DNA of 57,170 nt, from the NCBI GenBank assembly GCA_965215005.1, contig CBDCCZ010000034.1:1-57170 (forward strand). Direction: 5' to 3'. This DNA is from Kofleriaceae bacterium (GTDB taxonomy: Bacteria; Myxococcota_A; Polyangia; Haliangiales; Haliangiaceae). A program made the translations under genes and the position numbers. Below, piece by piece: positions 1 through 9,337 of the stretch (positions within the stretch are counted from its first letter, which is position 1; each line of letters opens with the position of its first letter). The notes beneath the pieces are model-generated. The model was not told where the DNA came from. It saw only the letters and a program-made list of their open reading frames with translations, and made no database searches.

Positions 1-330
1 CGTTCGAGCGACAATCGCCGGGTCGTCGCCGTTCTCGACGTTCGTGTTGATCTGCTCGGCGACGCGCGAGCGAGCGGCCTCGTAGCTGGCGATCTTAGAC
101 GCGCCGTACACCGTGTTCTGGTCGATGCGGGTCCGCATGAAGCCCGGCTCGACCAGCACGGCACGGATCCCGAGAGTGCGGACTTCATGGTCCAGGGACT
201 CGGCGTATCCCTCGAGGGCATGCTTACTGGCGGCGTAGAAGCCCATGAAGGGCGCCGGAAGAAAGCCGACCACGCTGCTGACGAAGACGACTCGCCCCGC
301 TCCCTGCTCGCGCATCGCTGGCAGCACCTC
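1..330 (-). pseudogene. Short-chain dehydrogenase/reductase (SDR), C-terminal part only; 5'-truncated and runs off the window edge
   Basis: Minus-strand translation EVLPAMREQGAGRVVFVSSVVGFLPAPFMGFYAASKHALEGYAESLDHEVRTLGIRAVLVEPGFMRT has the SDR S..YxxxK catalytic motif. The upstream in-frame sequence has no TGxxxGxG Rossmann motif before the stop near 503. Confidence 0.7.
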
Positions 331-457
331 TGAGCCCCAGAGGCGGCTCTTTGCGACGCCGATCAGCACGTTGCCGACGACCTCGTGCTCTGAGCATCGG
401 CACCCGCCGAACACCACGCGATCGCCACCGACGCGCAAGACCCCGCGGAACAACGGG

Positions 458-499
458 AAAAAGAAGAGGGCCTCGCCGGTCATCCCGATGAGGCCCTCT
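458..499 (-). terminator. Rho-independent terminator downstream of the tRNA
   Basis: Stem AGAGGGCCTC(465-474)/GAGGCCCTCT(490-499), followed on the minus strand by TCTTTTT. Confidence 0.75.
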
Positions 500-538
500 G
501 CTTACCTGGCGCCCAAGCTTGTTCGTCTTGGGCGTAAA

Positions 539-616
539 TGGCTCCGGCGGAGGGACTCGAAACCCCCGACATGGTGGTTAAACAGCCACCCGCTCTACCA
601 ACTGAGCTACACCGGA
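539..616 (-). tRNA. tRNA-Asn(GTT)-type gene, 78 nt, with 8-nt anticodon loop and 8-nt T-loop
   Basis: Minus strand reads TCCGGTG TA GCTC AGTTGGTA GAGC G GGTGG CTGTTTAA CCACC ATGTC GGGGG TTTCGAGT CCCTC CGCCGGA G CCA. This is a full cloverleaf with a G discriminator and encoded CCA. Confidence 0.9.
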
Positions 617-637
617 ATGCTTGGATTTGGGAGCGCT

Positions 638-667
638 ATGGTGGGGCAGGGGAGAGGCGGGTGTCAA
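638..667 (-). promoter_or_regulatory. Sigma70-like promoter of the tRNA gene
   Basis: TTGACA-N18-CACCAT on the minus strand, ending about 20 nt before the tRNA 5' end. Confidence 0.5.
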
Positions 668-817
668 GCGGGCTGGAGTGGAGAACTGGCGGGCGCGGGC
701 GGAGCGGGGGATCGCCGGAGCCTTGTGGTTACCGGGTCCGTAGGCGGCGGCGGGAGCGATGAAATAGAGAGTAGAAGGCTTCACTTTCTGCTTCAGGGTC
801 TGCGAAGCTCCCCGACT

Positions 818-2359
818 ATGTGGCGCCATAGGAATGCTTATTCGGGCTTATTGTGGTTCTTGGTCGTCGCGCTGGTCGGCTGTGGGCCAGACCCGGCGGG
901 GACGGATGAGGGAGGGGCGACGCCGGCGGGAATGGACGCGGGGCCGGGGCCGGGAACGGATATGGTCGATGGGGGCAGTGGTGAGGAGGAGGGCGCAGAT
1001 CCGTTTGCGGCGCAGCCGGATGAGTCGGAGGGGCTCACGAATGTCTCCGCGGATCTGGAAGCTGTGCTGGAGAACGGGGAGCTGGAGGGGGCGTGCGAGC
1101 GATACGAAGCAACACCGCAAGATCGGCGGGCGAAGCTTCTATGCGGCAAGTGGATGTTCTTTTATGAGAGTTTCAATACCGCAGGGGTGCCTGAGCCGCT
1201 GATGAAGGCGTTCATCAAGCACTTTCCCGATAGAGTGGGCACGGGTTGGGAAGCGGATGGAATGATCGCGGATCCTTCTTCCGATTGGGGGCGACCGCTG
1301 GGGTTTGGGCCCAGCAAGCCGCTTGGGACGGTCGACACGGTGGCGTTCACTTGCGCAAGTTGTCATTTTGCAAAGTTGTCTGATGGGCGCTTTGCAGTAG
1401 GAGCGCCGAATCACCAATACGAGTACGGCCGGCAGCTGATCACTCTCTTCGTGGTGCCGCAGTTGCTGGTCCCGGGGGCCGATTTGTCTGCGCACCACCC
1501 CGACGCGCTGGCGCTAGCGCAGCCTTTCATCGACGAGCTCAATGCGGATCCTCTGCGCATGGGTCTCTTTCTTCTTGATCTGGCTCCGCTCCTTGGTGCG
1601 GTGGGGGGCCCAATACCAACGTTGAGCCGCGAGGGAGAAGGGCTGTATGCGAGCTGGGCGCCAGGAACGATGGACTTCATCATCGAGCCGTTGCCTCTTG
1701 ACGACGGCGTTCACACAATCAGCAAGATCAGTGCGCTCTGGGGAATTCCGCGGGTCGCTGAGATCGAATCGGGCTCGGCAGCGCTGGGCTGGACGGGCGG
1801 AGTCACGAGCGTAATGGAGTTTCTCCAGGCGTTTGTGTTGTTTGGTGGCGGGGAGGTGGAGAGCTGGCCGGTGGAGCGACTGGAGCCGCTGGCGGAATAC
1901 ATCTATTCGTTGCGCGCTCCCACGAATCCTTCACCACCGGAGGCCTCGCTGGTGGCTGCGGGTCGCGCGGCGTTCTTCTCCGAAGGATGCATCGATTGTC
2001 ATGGGGGGCCGCGTGGCTCAGGAACCGAGCTCTACGCCTATGAAGACATCGGCACCGACCCGGCGCTTCAGCGCTGGATGGATGCAGATCTCGATGGCGA
2101 GCCGTGCTGCGGTGTCGAGTCGACCGATCCCGGAAGTGTGATGACGCATCGCATAAAGTCGCCGCGTTTGACCGGAATGTGGGCGTTTGACCGCTTCCTT
2201 CACAATGGCTCGGTGGACAATCTGGAAGCGATCTTCTGTCTCGACGGACCACGGGGCACCGTGGTGGAGCCGCCGTATGGAGACGGTGGCCACTTGATGA
2301 CCTGTGAGCTCGAGGAGGCCACGAAGCGGGCGCTGGTAGCATTCTTGCGCACGATCTAG
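818..2359 (+). CDS. Di-heme c-type cytochrome lipoprotein, RoxA-like / di-heme peroxidase superfamily
   Basis: Lipobox LVGC, heme motifs CASCH and CIDCH, and the C-terminal motif PRLTGMWAFDRFLHNGSV. Start moved to ATG818 because the longer ORF overlaps the tRNA. Confidence 0.8.
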   Translation: MWRHRNAYSGLLWFLVVALVGCGPDPAGTDEGGATPAGMDAGPGPGTDMVDGGSGEEEGADPFAAQPDESEGLTNVSADLEAVLENGELEGACERYEATPQDRRAKLLCGKWMFFYESFNTAGVPEPLMKAFIKHFPDRVGTGWEADGMIADPSSDWGRPLGFGPSKPLGTVDTVAFTCASCHFAKLSDGRFAVGAPNHQYEYGRQLITLFVVPQLLVPGADLSAHHPDALALAQPFIDELNADPLRMGLFLLDLAPLLGAVGGPIPTLSREGEGLYASWAPGTMDFIIEPLPLDDGVHTISKISALWGIPRVAEIESGSAALGWTGGVTSVMEFLQAFVLFGGGEVESWPVERLEPLAEYIYSLRAPTNPSPPEASLVAAGRAAFFSEGCIDCHGGPRGSGTELYAYEDIGTDPALQRWMDADLDGEPCCGVESTDPGSVMTHRIKSPRLTGMWAFDRFLHNGSVDNLEAIFCLDGPRGTVVEPPYGDGGHLMTCELEEATKRALVAFLRTI

Positions 2360-2485
2360 CTCGCGCAGTTGCATGGGAGTTGCGGTTTTGATCGTGGGCC
2401 GCGCTCCCACCCCTCGGTTGCGACGAATCAAGATCGTCCTCAACGATCGCAATGGCTTAGCGCCTACTCGCCCTCTCTGCTTCAC

Positions 2486-2501
2486 CGGCATGTCGCTTGC
2501 T
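2486..2501 (+). promoter_or_regulatory. Sigma54-type -24/-12 promoter of the M4 peptidase
   Basis: CGGCATGTCGCTTGCT (GG-N10-GC), about 30 nt upstream of ATG2533. Confidence 0.5.
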
Positions 2502-2532
2502 CGTGTGTGAAGTCGCTGGGACGAAGGGCGCA

Positions 2533-4527
2533 ATGAGACCACACGCACGAACTCTCCTCCTCCTTGGAGCCACCGCGGCCGCTGGCTGTCAGGTGGGCTC
2601 GCTGGCACCCGCCAACAACACGCAGTGCCTCGGGCAAACGCCGTTGGCGGCTGATGTGGACGAAGCGCTCGCTGCATTGCCTAGCGCGCACGTGGCGTTA
2701 CGTCGCGAGGGCGACAGCTCGGCGCGCTTCGTTCGTGGGTATCTCGGTCTCGCTCATGCGCAAAACGAGTCGGGGACGGCCCTGATCGACTCGAGTCGCG
2801 AGTTGACGTCGGTCGCGCGGGTCTTTCGAGCTCGTTCTGGTGATTTGTCGTTGCAGCGCCGAGAGGTGGATGAGTTAGGCAGCACCCACGCGTTCTACGA
2901 GCAGCGTGTCAACGGCTTGCGCGTCATCGGCGGTGAGCTCGGCGTTCACGTAAACCGCGCCGGTGTCATCTACGCAGCGCATGGGCAAGCACGCGCTGCG
3001 CAGTTGCCAGCGGCCACTCCCACGGTGACCGATGCCGCGTTGCCCGGGCTTCTTCACACGCTCATCGGTGAAGCAGAGGTCGATGCGAGCGAGCTCGCGT
3101 ACTTCGTGGATGAGCACAGCGGTGCTACGCGCTTGGTCTGGGAGGCGCACGTGAATCGCGATGACGCTGAGCGCGGCGAGTACGTCGTGGTCGACGCTCT
3201 TAGCGGCGAGGTCATCGAGCGTCGTCCGATGGTGCATTCACTGCTCAATCGGCAGATTTACGACATGAAGAACAACCCGGACCTGAATGCTCTGCCGGGT
3301 CAGCTGGTTATGTCGGAAGGTGGAGCTGCGAGCCCGGATCCGACGGTCGTCCAGCTCTACGCGGAGTTGGCTGAAGGGTACAACTGCTTCAGTGGCCTTC
3401 TCGGCAGGGACTCGTGGGATGGCTTAGGACGAGCCCTGGTAGCCAGTGTTCACGTCGACGTGCAATATAACAACGCGTTTTTTACCGATCAGCTCGGCCA
3501 GCTCGCATTCGGAGACGGTGATGGCAGACTTTTTGGCAACCTTGCGACATCCGCCGATGTGATCGTCCATGAGCTCGCGCACGGGATCACCTCGAGCAGC
3601 GCCAATCTCGAATACGTCAACGAATCGGGTGCACTCAATGAAGCGATGAGCGACATCTTCGCCGCCGCCTGTCAGGCGCGGCGGGCGGGACAAGTATCTG
3701 CTGAGACGTGGCTGGTAGGCGAAGACGTCTTCACTCCGGCGGTTGCCGACGATGCGTTGCGCTACATGGCCAACCCCACTCTCGATGAGATTTCGACCGA
3801 CTTCTATCCCGAGAGGTTCGTCGTTCCGCAAGGTCAAGCGCCAAGCCGCGATAACGACTTTGGTGGCGTCCACATCAACTCAGGTATCGCAAACCTGGCA
3901 TTCCAGCTGCTCGTCGATGGTGGGTCGCATCCGCGAGCACGTACCTTCGCACCGGTGGCTCGCCCGCTCAGTATGGAGCAAAGCGCGAAGATCTTTTATC
4001 GCGCGCTCACGACGTATTTGAATCCCCGTAGCAACTTCGAAGCAGCTCGAGTCGCCACGGCACAGGCAGCGCTCGACCTCTATGGCGCACACGCCGCCGC
4101 CTCCGTGCATCAGGCCTGGGATGCGGTCGGCATTCCCGGCAATAGTGGACTCACGCCGTTGCTCCCGCCTCTCGAGCCGAACGTGTTGCCGCTGGTGCGA
4201 AACACGGCGCAGACGAATCTCGCCAGTGACGCGGGGCAGGCCCTCATCTATGCCATCGAAGTTCCTCAAGGCGCTACGAGCCTGCAAATCTCGACCACCG
4301 GAGGCACCGGCGACAGCGACCTGTATGTCCGTGCGGCCCAGCTGCCGTCGAGCACCGAATTCGACCACGCGCCGCTGGTAGACGGCAACGAAGAGGTCAT
4401 TGAGATTGCTGCGCCAACTGCAGGCACTTATTACATTGCACTGCATGGCTTCTCTGCGTTCGCTGGCTTGACTCTTCAGGCCAACTTTCTAGTTCCAGGC
4501 GAGACGGTCGCCGACGTCTGTAATTAA
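2533..4527 (+). CDS. M4 family (thermolysin-like) metallopeptidase with propeptide and C-terminal PPC domain
   Basis: Motifs NNAF, HELAH, GALNEAMSD and GGVHINSG. PPC-like C-terminus (GGTGDSDLYVR..GNEE). Signal/lipobox AAGC. Confidence 0.92.
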   Translation: MRPHARTLLLLGATAAAGCQVGSLAPANNTQCLGQTPLAADVDEALAALPSAHVALRREGDSSARFVRGYLGLAHAQNESGTALIDSSRELTSVARVFRARSGDLSLQRREVDELGSTHAFYEQRVNGLRVIGGELGVHVNRAGVIYAAHGQARAAQLPAATPTVTDAALPGLLHTLIGEAEVDASELAYFVDEHSGATRLVWEAHVNRDDAERGEYVVVDALSGEVIERRPMVHSLLNRQIYDMKNNPDLNALPGQLVMSEGGAASPDPTVVQLYAELAEGYNCFSGLLGRDSWDGLGRALVASVHVDVQYNNAFFTDQLGQLAFGDGDGRLFGNLATSADVIVHELAHGITSSSANLEYVNESGALNEAMSDIFAAACQARRAGQVSAETWLVGEDVFTPAVADDALRYMANPTLDEISTDFYPERFVVPQGQAPSRDNDFGGVHINSGIANLAFQLLVDGGSHPRARTFAPVARPLSMEQSAKIFYRALTTYLNPRSNFEAARVATAQAALDLYGAHAAASVHQAWDAVGIPGNSGLTPLLPPLEPNVLPLVRNTAQTNLASDAGQALIYAIEVPQGATSLQISTTGGTGDSDLYVRAAQLPSSTEFDHAPLVDGNEEVIEIAAPTAGTYYIALHGFSAFAGLTLQANFLVPGETVADVCN

Positions 4528-4541
4528 TGTCGACTGGTATC

Positions 4542-4584
4542 GTGGCGCGATCACGGGCCCTGCCGTCATCGCGCCACCTGTTTT
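4542..4584 (+). terminator. Rho-independent terminator after the M4 peptidase
   Basis: GTGGCGCGAT...ATCGCGCCAC stem followed by CTGTTTT. Confidence 0.6.
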
Positions 4585-4635
4585 CGGGTTGTGTCCATCC
4601 CCCAGCTGCGTTCGTTGAAGGCTATTGATAGACAG

Positions 4636-5994
4636 CTAGTCCACCACCGGAAGGCCACTCGGTACGATTTCAGGAATCGTCCATTGCAGCTCATGGCTGC
4701 TCGGGTCGGTCAAGGCGTTGAGGAAGAACACGATGGGAAGGATTCCGCGAGCACGGCGACCGGGAAGGTTCGAATCTAGAGTCGCTAGAATGGCATCCGC
4801 GTTGTCGAGCACACTGTCGTGGAGGACGGGGTCGGCGAGATGGCGCTCTGGGTCATAATGACGAAGCGCCTGCTCGGGATAGCGATAGTGGAGGACGAAA
4901 TCCACGAGATTGTCGTACTGTCCGGCATGTCCATACGGAGCGGTGAGTGCAACGTTAGATAATGGCGGAGTGCGAAAGGCGTATTTTTCCGCAGGGTCTG
5001 ACGTGATCCCGTAGCGGCCAAAGTCGTCGTTGCCGTAGTCACCGTGGCCTTTGCCAGGACCTAGCTGAGGAAGGCCGGTGTTGTGGACGCCGAAGTCAGA
5101 CAAACTATCGCCTGAGTGGCAGTCGCCGCAGCCGCTCTGGAAGAACCGCTTGGCGCCGACCAGCTCGATCCAGGAGAGGGCTTGGTCATCGCCCGCCACG
5201 AAGCGCTGCCACGGACTGTCTACTGCTTCGAAGGCGGCAATTTCGTAGCCGGCGATGGCGTTGGCTGCATGGGCGAAGGTCATGTCCTCAAATTGGGTGC
5301 CGGGGTAGGCGCGCTCGAACATGACGACGTACTCGGGAATGGCGCCGATTCGGTCCATGAGTAGTTTCCACATCGAGGTGAAGTCGTCGTTGGCGAGGTT
5401 GGCTAGGTCGCTTTCGCCAGGCTGCCCGCGCATTTCATCGCGTGAAGTGACGGGAAACATGGCTTGCGCTGAGACGATGCCGAAATCGAATACCGCTGCC
5501 ATTTCCGCAGTGAGCTGACTGCCGGCTGGAGTGGTCAACCTACCATCGGCACCGACGGCAACACGATTGTCCCAGAACATGGTTTCGAAGGTGTGCAGGT
5601 TGAAAAGCGGCGTTGCATTCCGCGGGACGATGTCGCCGTGGTCGCGATGCGGGCCAAGGCCGTGCCCGCCAGTGCCAAGCGGCAATGCCCTATCATCGCC
5701 GGTGCCGAGGGAAGGATGGTGGCAGCTCATGCACGAGATGTCGCGATTGCCGCTGAGGAGCTTGTCGAATGCCAGGGCTTGACCTAGCTCGTACAGTGCA
5801 TCGGGAACAGTGGGTGCGGCGGGTAGAGGTCGTAGATTGCGCTGCTGCACGATACGTCGCACTCCACGCGCTTCGTAGGAGCGAAACCTATCCCAGTGTA
5901 GAGCTTCCTCTGTCTGCTCGACGTCGACGGGCGTTTGTAGGCAAGCGCTAGCGAGAGGAAGAATGAGCCAGCATGCGACGATAAACTTGTTCAT
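4636..5994 (-). CDS. Di-heme cytochrome c peroxidase / MauG family protein
   Basis: Motifs LGQALAFDKLLSGNRDISCMSCH, PRNATPL, MFWDNR, CGDCH and FRTPPLSNVALTAPYGHAG. Lipobox ASAC. Confidence 0.9.
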   Translation of the reverse strand: MNKFIVACWLILPLASACLQTPVDVEQTEEALHWDRFRSYEARGVRRIVQQRNLRPLPAAPTVPDALYELGQALAFDKLLSGNRDISCMSCHHPSLGTGDDRALPLGTGGHGLGPHRDHGDIVPRNATPLFNLHTFETMFWDNRVAVGADGRLTTPAGSQLTAEMAAVFDFGIVSAQAMFPVTSRDEMRGQPGESDLANLANDDFTSMWKLLMDRIGAIPEYVVMFERAYPGTQFEDMTFAHAANAIAGYEIAAFEAVDSPWQRFVAGDDQALSWIELVGAKRFFQSGCGDCHSGDSLSDFGVHNTGLPQLGPGKGHGDYGNDDFGRYGITSDPAEKYAFRTPPLSNVALTAPYGHAGQYDNLVDFVLHYRYPEQALRHYDPERHLADPVLHDSVLDNADAILATLDSNLPGRRARGILPIVFFLNALTDPSSHELQWTIPEIVPSGLPVVD

Positions 5995-6368
5995 AGCGGT
6001 AACTCCAAAGGCTGGAGACTCTGCTGCGGTGCGAGTGCGCCAGAGCGAGGTCCCCGAGATGGAGTTGGGCAATAACAAGAGCCGTACCAGTCACCGCCCC
6101 TACAAGTTCTGCGGGATTAAAGCTTCGCTAGCGGAGCAGGTCTCTGATTCCTGGACCGTGGGCGTTCGGTTTCCGCGCCGAGCTAAATCTTGAGTGGCCA
6201 GAAATCCGGCTCCATCACCCGTCGACGGTTAGCCAATGCGAAAGCGACGGGCTACGTGACAGGTCGAGCTGCTGAAGACGTTTTTCCGACAGGTCTGAGC
6301 GCCGAGCTGGGGTGGATCGCCCGGCGTTGGCCGACGTAAAGTCGACGCGAGCAGCGCTCGCAGCAACT

Positions 6369-6887
6369 TCAAAGGTGCCGACGTGCGCGCAGCTCGGACA
6401 TCACTGCAGCGTGATCTGCAGGGGTGAAGAGTCGCTGAACGGCCGGAAAGATCGCGCGTTCCTCAAGCTCGAGATGCGACTCGAGCTCGTGCTGCAGCAG
6501 CTCGACGTTGGAAGCCAGCGGAGCGCGCAGCTGCGCGAGCGAGTCCGGGTGGCGCGCGAGTACCTCGCAGTGCTCGACGAGCAACTGCAAGGGGCCTTGG
6601 TGACTATGGTGCTCGCGACGCATTCGCTCGAGGGCTTCATCCAGCTCGCGCTCCCGCCCCGCTAGTCGTGGCAATAGGCTGCGCTCCTCGTCCTCGACAT
6701 GAAGCGGCATGGCCTCTGTGAAATACCGGTGGACCGCGGCGGCTCCCGCCGCAATTTCAGCAGCTGCCAGCGAATGCTGCGTTAGCAGCTGCGCTACACG
6801 AACGAACTGTCGGATGCGTTCATGACACTCGAGTAGAAGAGCCACGGCATCGCGAGCAAGGGGTGTGCGACCAATAGTGACGAGCAC
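6369..6887 (-). CDS. Hemerythrin/HHE cation-binding domain protein
   Basis: His/Glu motifs CHERI, HVEDEE..LLP, REH and HLELEE..IFP. Confidence 0.85.
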   Translation of the reverse strand: MLVTIGRTPLARDAVALLLECHERIRQFVRVAQLLTQHSLAAAEIAAGAAAVHRYFTEAMPLHVEDEERSLLPRLAGRERELDEALERMRREHHSHQGPLQLLVEHCEVLARHPDSLAQLRAPLASNVELLQHELESHLELEERAIFPAVQRLFTPADHAAVMSELRARRHL

Positions 6888-7012
6888 GGCGCTAGCACAG
6901 TAGCACTTGCTTCGCCCGCGTCTCGGCTGGCGTGCGGGAAGGAGCAGGATTTCTGCAGCGAATGCTGATTGCTGCAGAAATCCTGGCCTGCCTGGGTTCT
7001 CAGGCGGCTGCG

Positions 7013-7861
7013 CTATTCGACGACGGCGATACAGCAGCCGTTACTGCAAAACTTGCGATCCCCGCACTCGATGGAGGTCGTGCAGGTCGACGCGCCGCCC
7101 GGGCATTCGTTGCCGCTGCATGTCGCTGGCAGGTCATTCTCAGTTTCCCCCGGACACAACACACAGTCTTGGCTGTCGCCTTCACAGGAGACTTCGCAGC
7201 CGGCGACCTTCGTGCAGGACGGGCAAACGCTCGGGTCACTGGCGCGCTCCGCTGTGCAGTCCGGGGCGACGGCGGGATTGGTCAACACGTCGTGACACCC
7301 CTCACCGTTGCAGATGGTGCAGCAGCTGAAGCAGTCGCAGCCAGGCGGCACCAGCGGCGTGCACTCCTCGAGGCACTTGTCGGAAACTTCGGGGCAACCA
7401 CCGGCTGGTAGTCCCGGGCCACCCGCCTCAGCTGGGCACTCTGCGGGATCGCTGAAGAGACAGCAGGTGGGCATTGCGCAGCCGTCGTTGCCCGCCCCGC
7501 TGTCGCCATCGAAGAAGCAGTCTTGATTCTTGGCGTCTTTGTTGTCACCGGGGATCCCGGTGGCGAACGTGGCTTCGTCATCATCGAGGCTACCGGTGCA
7601 CTCGGGATCGGCGCCGTCAATCTTGCCGTCGCCGTCGTCATCGAGGCAGTTGTTGCATGCGGCTGCACCAGGAACGCAACCAACTGGGGGTGACGTGGAG
7701 CCATCGGCGCCGGGATCCGAGGGGCCACCATCGCCGACTGGCGAGCTCGCATCGGCCGCGTCATCCACGCCTGATCCCGTTGCATCGCCGCCGCAGCTGC
7801 TCGCAGCTATCAGCAGAAGAGACGACAAGACGAAGCAGAGGAAGCGAGTGTTGTGTTGCAT
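7013..7861 (-). CDS. Cysteine-rich secreted lipoprotein (myxobacterial type)
   Basis: Signal peptide ending ASSC, Asp/Gly linker, [20 protein letters not shown]a-binding-like motif and many Cys. Start may be 7876. Confidence 0.75.
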   Translation of the reverse strand: MQHNTRFLCFVLSSLLLIAASSCGGDATGSGVDDAADASSPVGDGGPSDPGADGSTSPPVGCVPGAAACNNCLDDDGDGKIDGADPECTGSLDDDEATFATGIPGDNKDAKNQDCFFDGDSGAGNDGCAMPTCCLFSDPAECPAEAGGPGLPAGGCPEVSDKCLEECTPLVPPGCDCFSCCTICNGEGCHDVLTNPAVAPDCTAERASDPSVCPSCTKVAGCEVSCEGDSQDCVLCPGETENDLPATCSGNECPGGASTCTTSIECGDRKFCSNGCCIAVVE

Positions 7862-8149
7862 GAGGTCTTTCGGCATCGGACGTAGCGCTTGCCCACCGTC
7901 GCGGCCGCGCGCTCGGTGACGGATTTGGATGATGTCGTTTGTTGGTTGCGCGAGCGCATCGCGCAGTTGAAGATTTTTTGCTGGGTTCCAAACGCGTGTG
8001 CCGAATCGTGCGGCTTGGGCGGAGAACGTCGGTGGGAGTGATGCGCAGCGCAGTGGCGAGGGGCGGTCCCAGTTCGCTCGTCGCAGGGACGCTGCATGCG
8101 CGAGCCGCTCTCTACTATTGCGAGAGGCGTTCGGTTCTGCAGGGACCGG

Positions 8150-8165
8150 TGGCACTGCGATTGCT
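8150..8165 (+). promoter_or_regulatory. Sigma54-type promoter
   Basis: TGGCAC-TGCGA-TTGCT matches the TGGCAC-N5-TTGCW consensus, about 85 nt upstream of ATG8249. Confidence 0.7.
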
Positions 8166-8248
8166 CAAGAGCAGTTTCTCCAATGGATTTGGCTCGAGAA
8201 GAGGCCATCGAACACACGGCAGTTCCTGCCAGAGACGGACGAGGAATC

Positions 8249-9337
8249 ATGAGAAGCACCCGAACCGAGTTACTCGCGCTCAGCGCGGTCGTGGCGTGGA
8301 ACCTTTCCGGCTGCGCCGGAGCAGACGGCGGAGCAGACGGCGGAGACGAGGCCATACCCACCGATACCGCGGACCCGAATGCGTCGGTGCAGGTGGCTGC
8401 CACCATTGTCGACCTAGAGACAGGAGTGGAGGTGGAGGTGGGCCGGGTGGTCGTCGAGGGGCTATCGCGGGCACCGGACGTGACGATTGACGGCAGCTCG
8501 ATTCGCTTTTCAGTGCCGGCCAACAGCGTCTTTCACGTCCTCGCAGGCGATACCCCCGGCTACCATGCTACCTACACGGCGGCCTTAGAGGTCGGTGACG
8601 ATGACGTGGAAGGGCTCGAGCTCTTCGTGGCGCGCGACGAGTATCTGCAGTCACTGGCGGCTGCCTTCGGTGCGCCGTCGCCGGTCGATGGCGGCATCGT
8701 CGTTGCCCGCGCCGTAGATGCCGAAGGCGCGCCGTACGCGGGTCTTGCCGGCGCGACGCTCGAGCTCGGCAATGACGTCATCGGACCGTACTTCCTCGAT
8801 GCGGACATGCAGCCAGATCCGCTGCTTTCGGCCACGAGTGAATCGGGATTTCTCGTGGTGTTCAACGTCGAGCCGGGCGCGCAGGTAATTGGCACTCGCA
8901 GCGAGGCGAGTGTGCTAGCCGCGATGCCCAGCGCGCCAGTGACTGCCGAGACGGTAACGGTGGCGAAGCTACAAGTGATCGAGGGCGAGCTGGAGCCCGT
9001 CCCTGAGACGGTTTCGTTCGAGCGAGACGTAGCTGACGTGTTTACGCGTCGCGGCTGTGTGAACTGCCATGACGGCGGGGGGATTGGCAAGGACCTGGGC
9101 GGACTGCATCTCAACGGGTCGCCCGAGAAGATGTACAAGGAGATCGCTCGAGAGATATCGCCCATCTACCAATTGCCGCGGATCGATCTTCAGAATCCCT
9201 CCATGAGCCTCTTGCTCACGCTGCCGTCTTCCGAAGATCCGCCCGACCGTCACCCGTTTTCGACGTTTGCCAGTCCGCAAGATCGGGACTACCGCTTGAT
9301 CTTGCGTTGGATTGAGCAAGGAGCGCGGCAGAATTAA
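8249..9337 (+). CDS. Lipoprotein with beta-sandwich-like N-terminal region and C-terminal monoheme cytochrome c domain
   Basis: RBS GAGG, lipobox LSGC, and C-terminal VSFERDV..F..RGCVNCH ... LILRWIEQGA. Confidence 0.75.
   Translation: MRSTRTELLALSAVVAWNLSGCAGADGGADGGDEAIPTDTADPNASVQVAATIVDLETGVEVEVGRVVVEGLSRAPDVTIDGSSIRFSVPANSVFHVLAGDTPGYHATYTAALEVGDDDVEGLELFVARDEYLQSLAAAFGAPSPVDGGIVVARAVDAEGAPYAGLAGATLELGNDVIGPYFLDADMQPDPLLSATSESGFLVVFNVEPGAQVIGTRSEASVLAAMPSAPVTAETVTVAKLQVIEGELEPVPETVSFERDVADVFTRRGCVNCHDGGGIGKDLGGLHLNGSPEKMYKEIAREISPIYQLPRIDLQNPSMSLLLTLPSSEDPPDRHPFSTFASPQDRDYRLILRWIEQGARQN

Noticed and set aside
245..817. N-terminal 191 codons of the 704-aa ORF
   Set aside because: It runs antisense across the tRNA, its terminator and the SDR fragment. 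The signal peptide begins at ATG818.
6258..6300. GACAGGTC direct repeat with 30-nt period upstream of the peroxidase gene
   Set aside because: Only two short copies. It could be an activator site but cannot be distinguished from chance.
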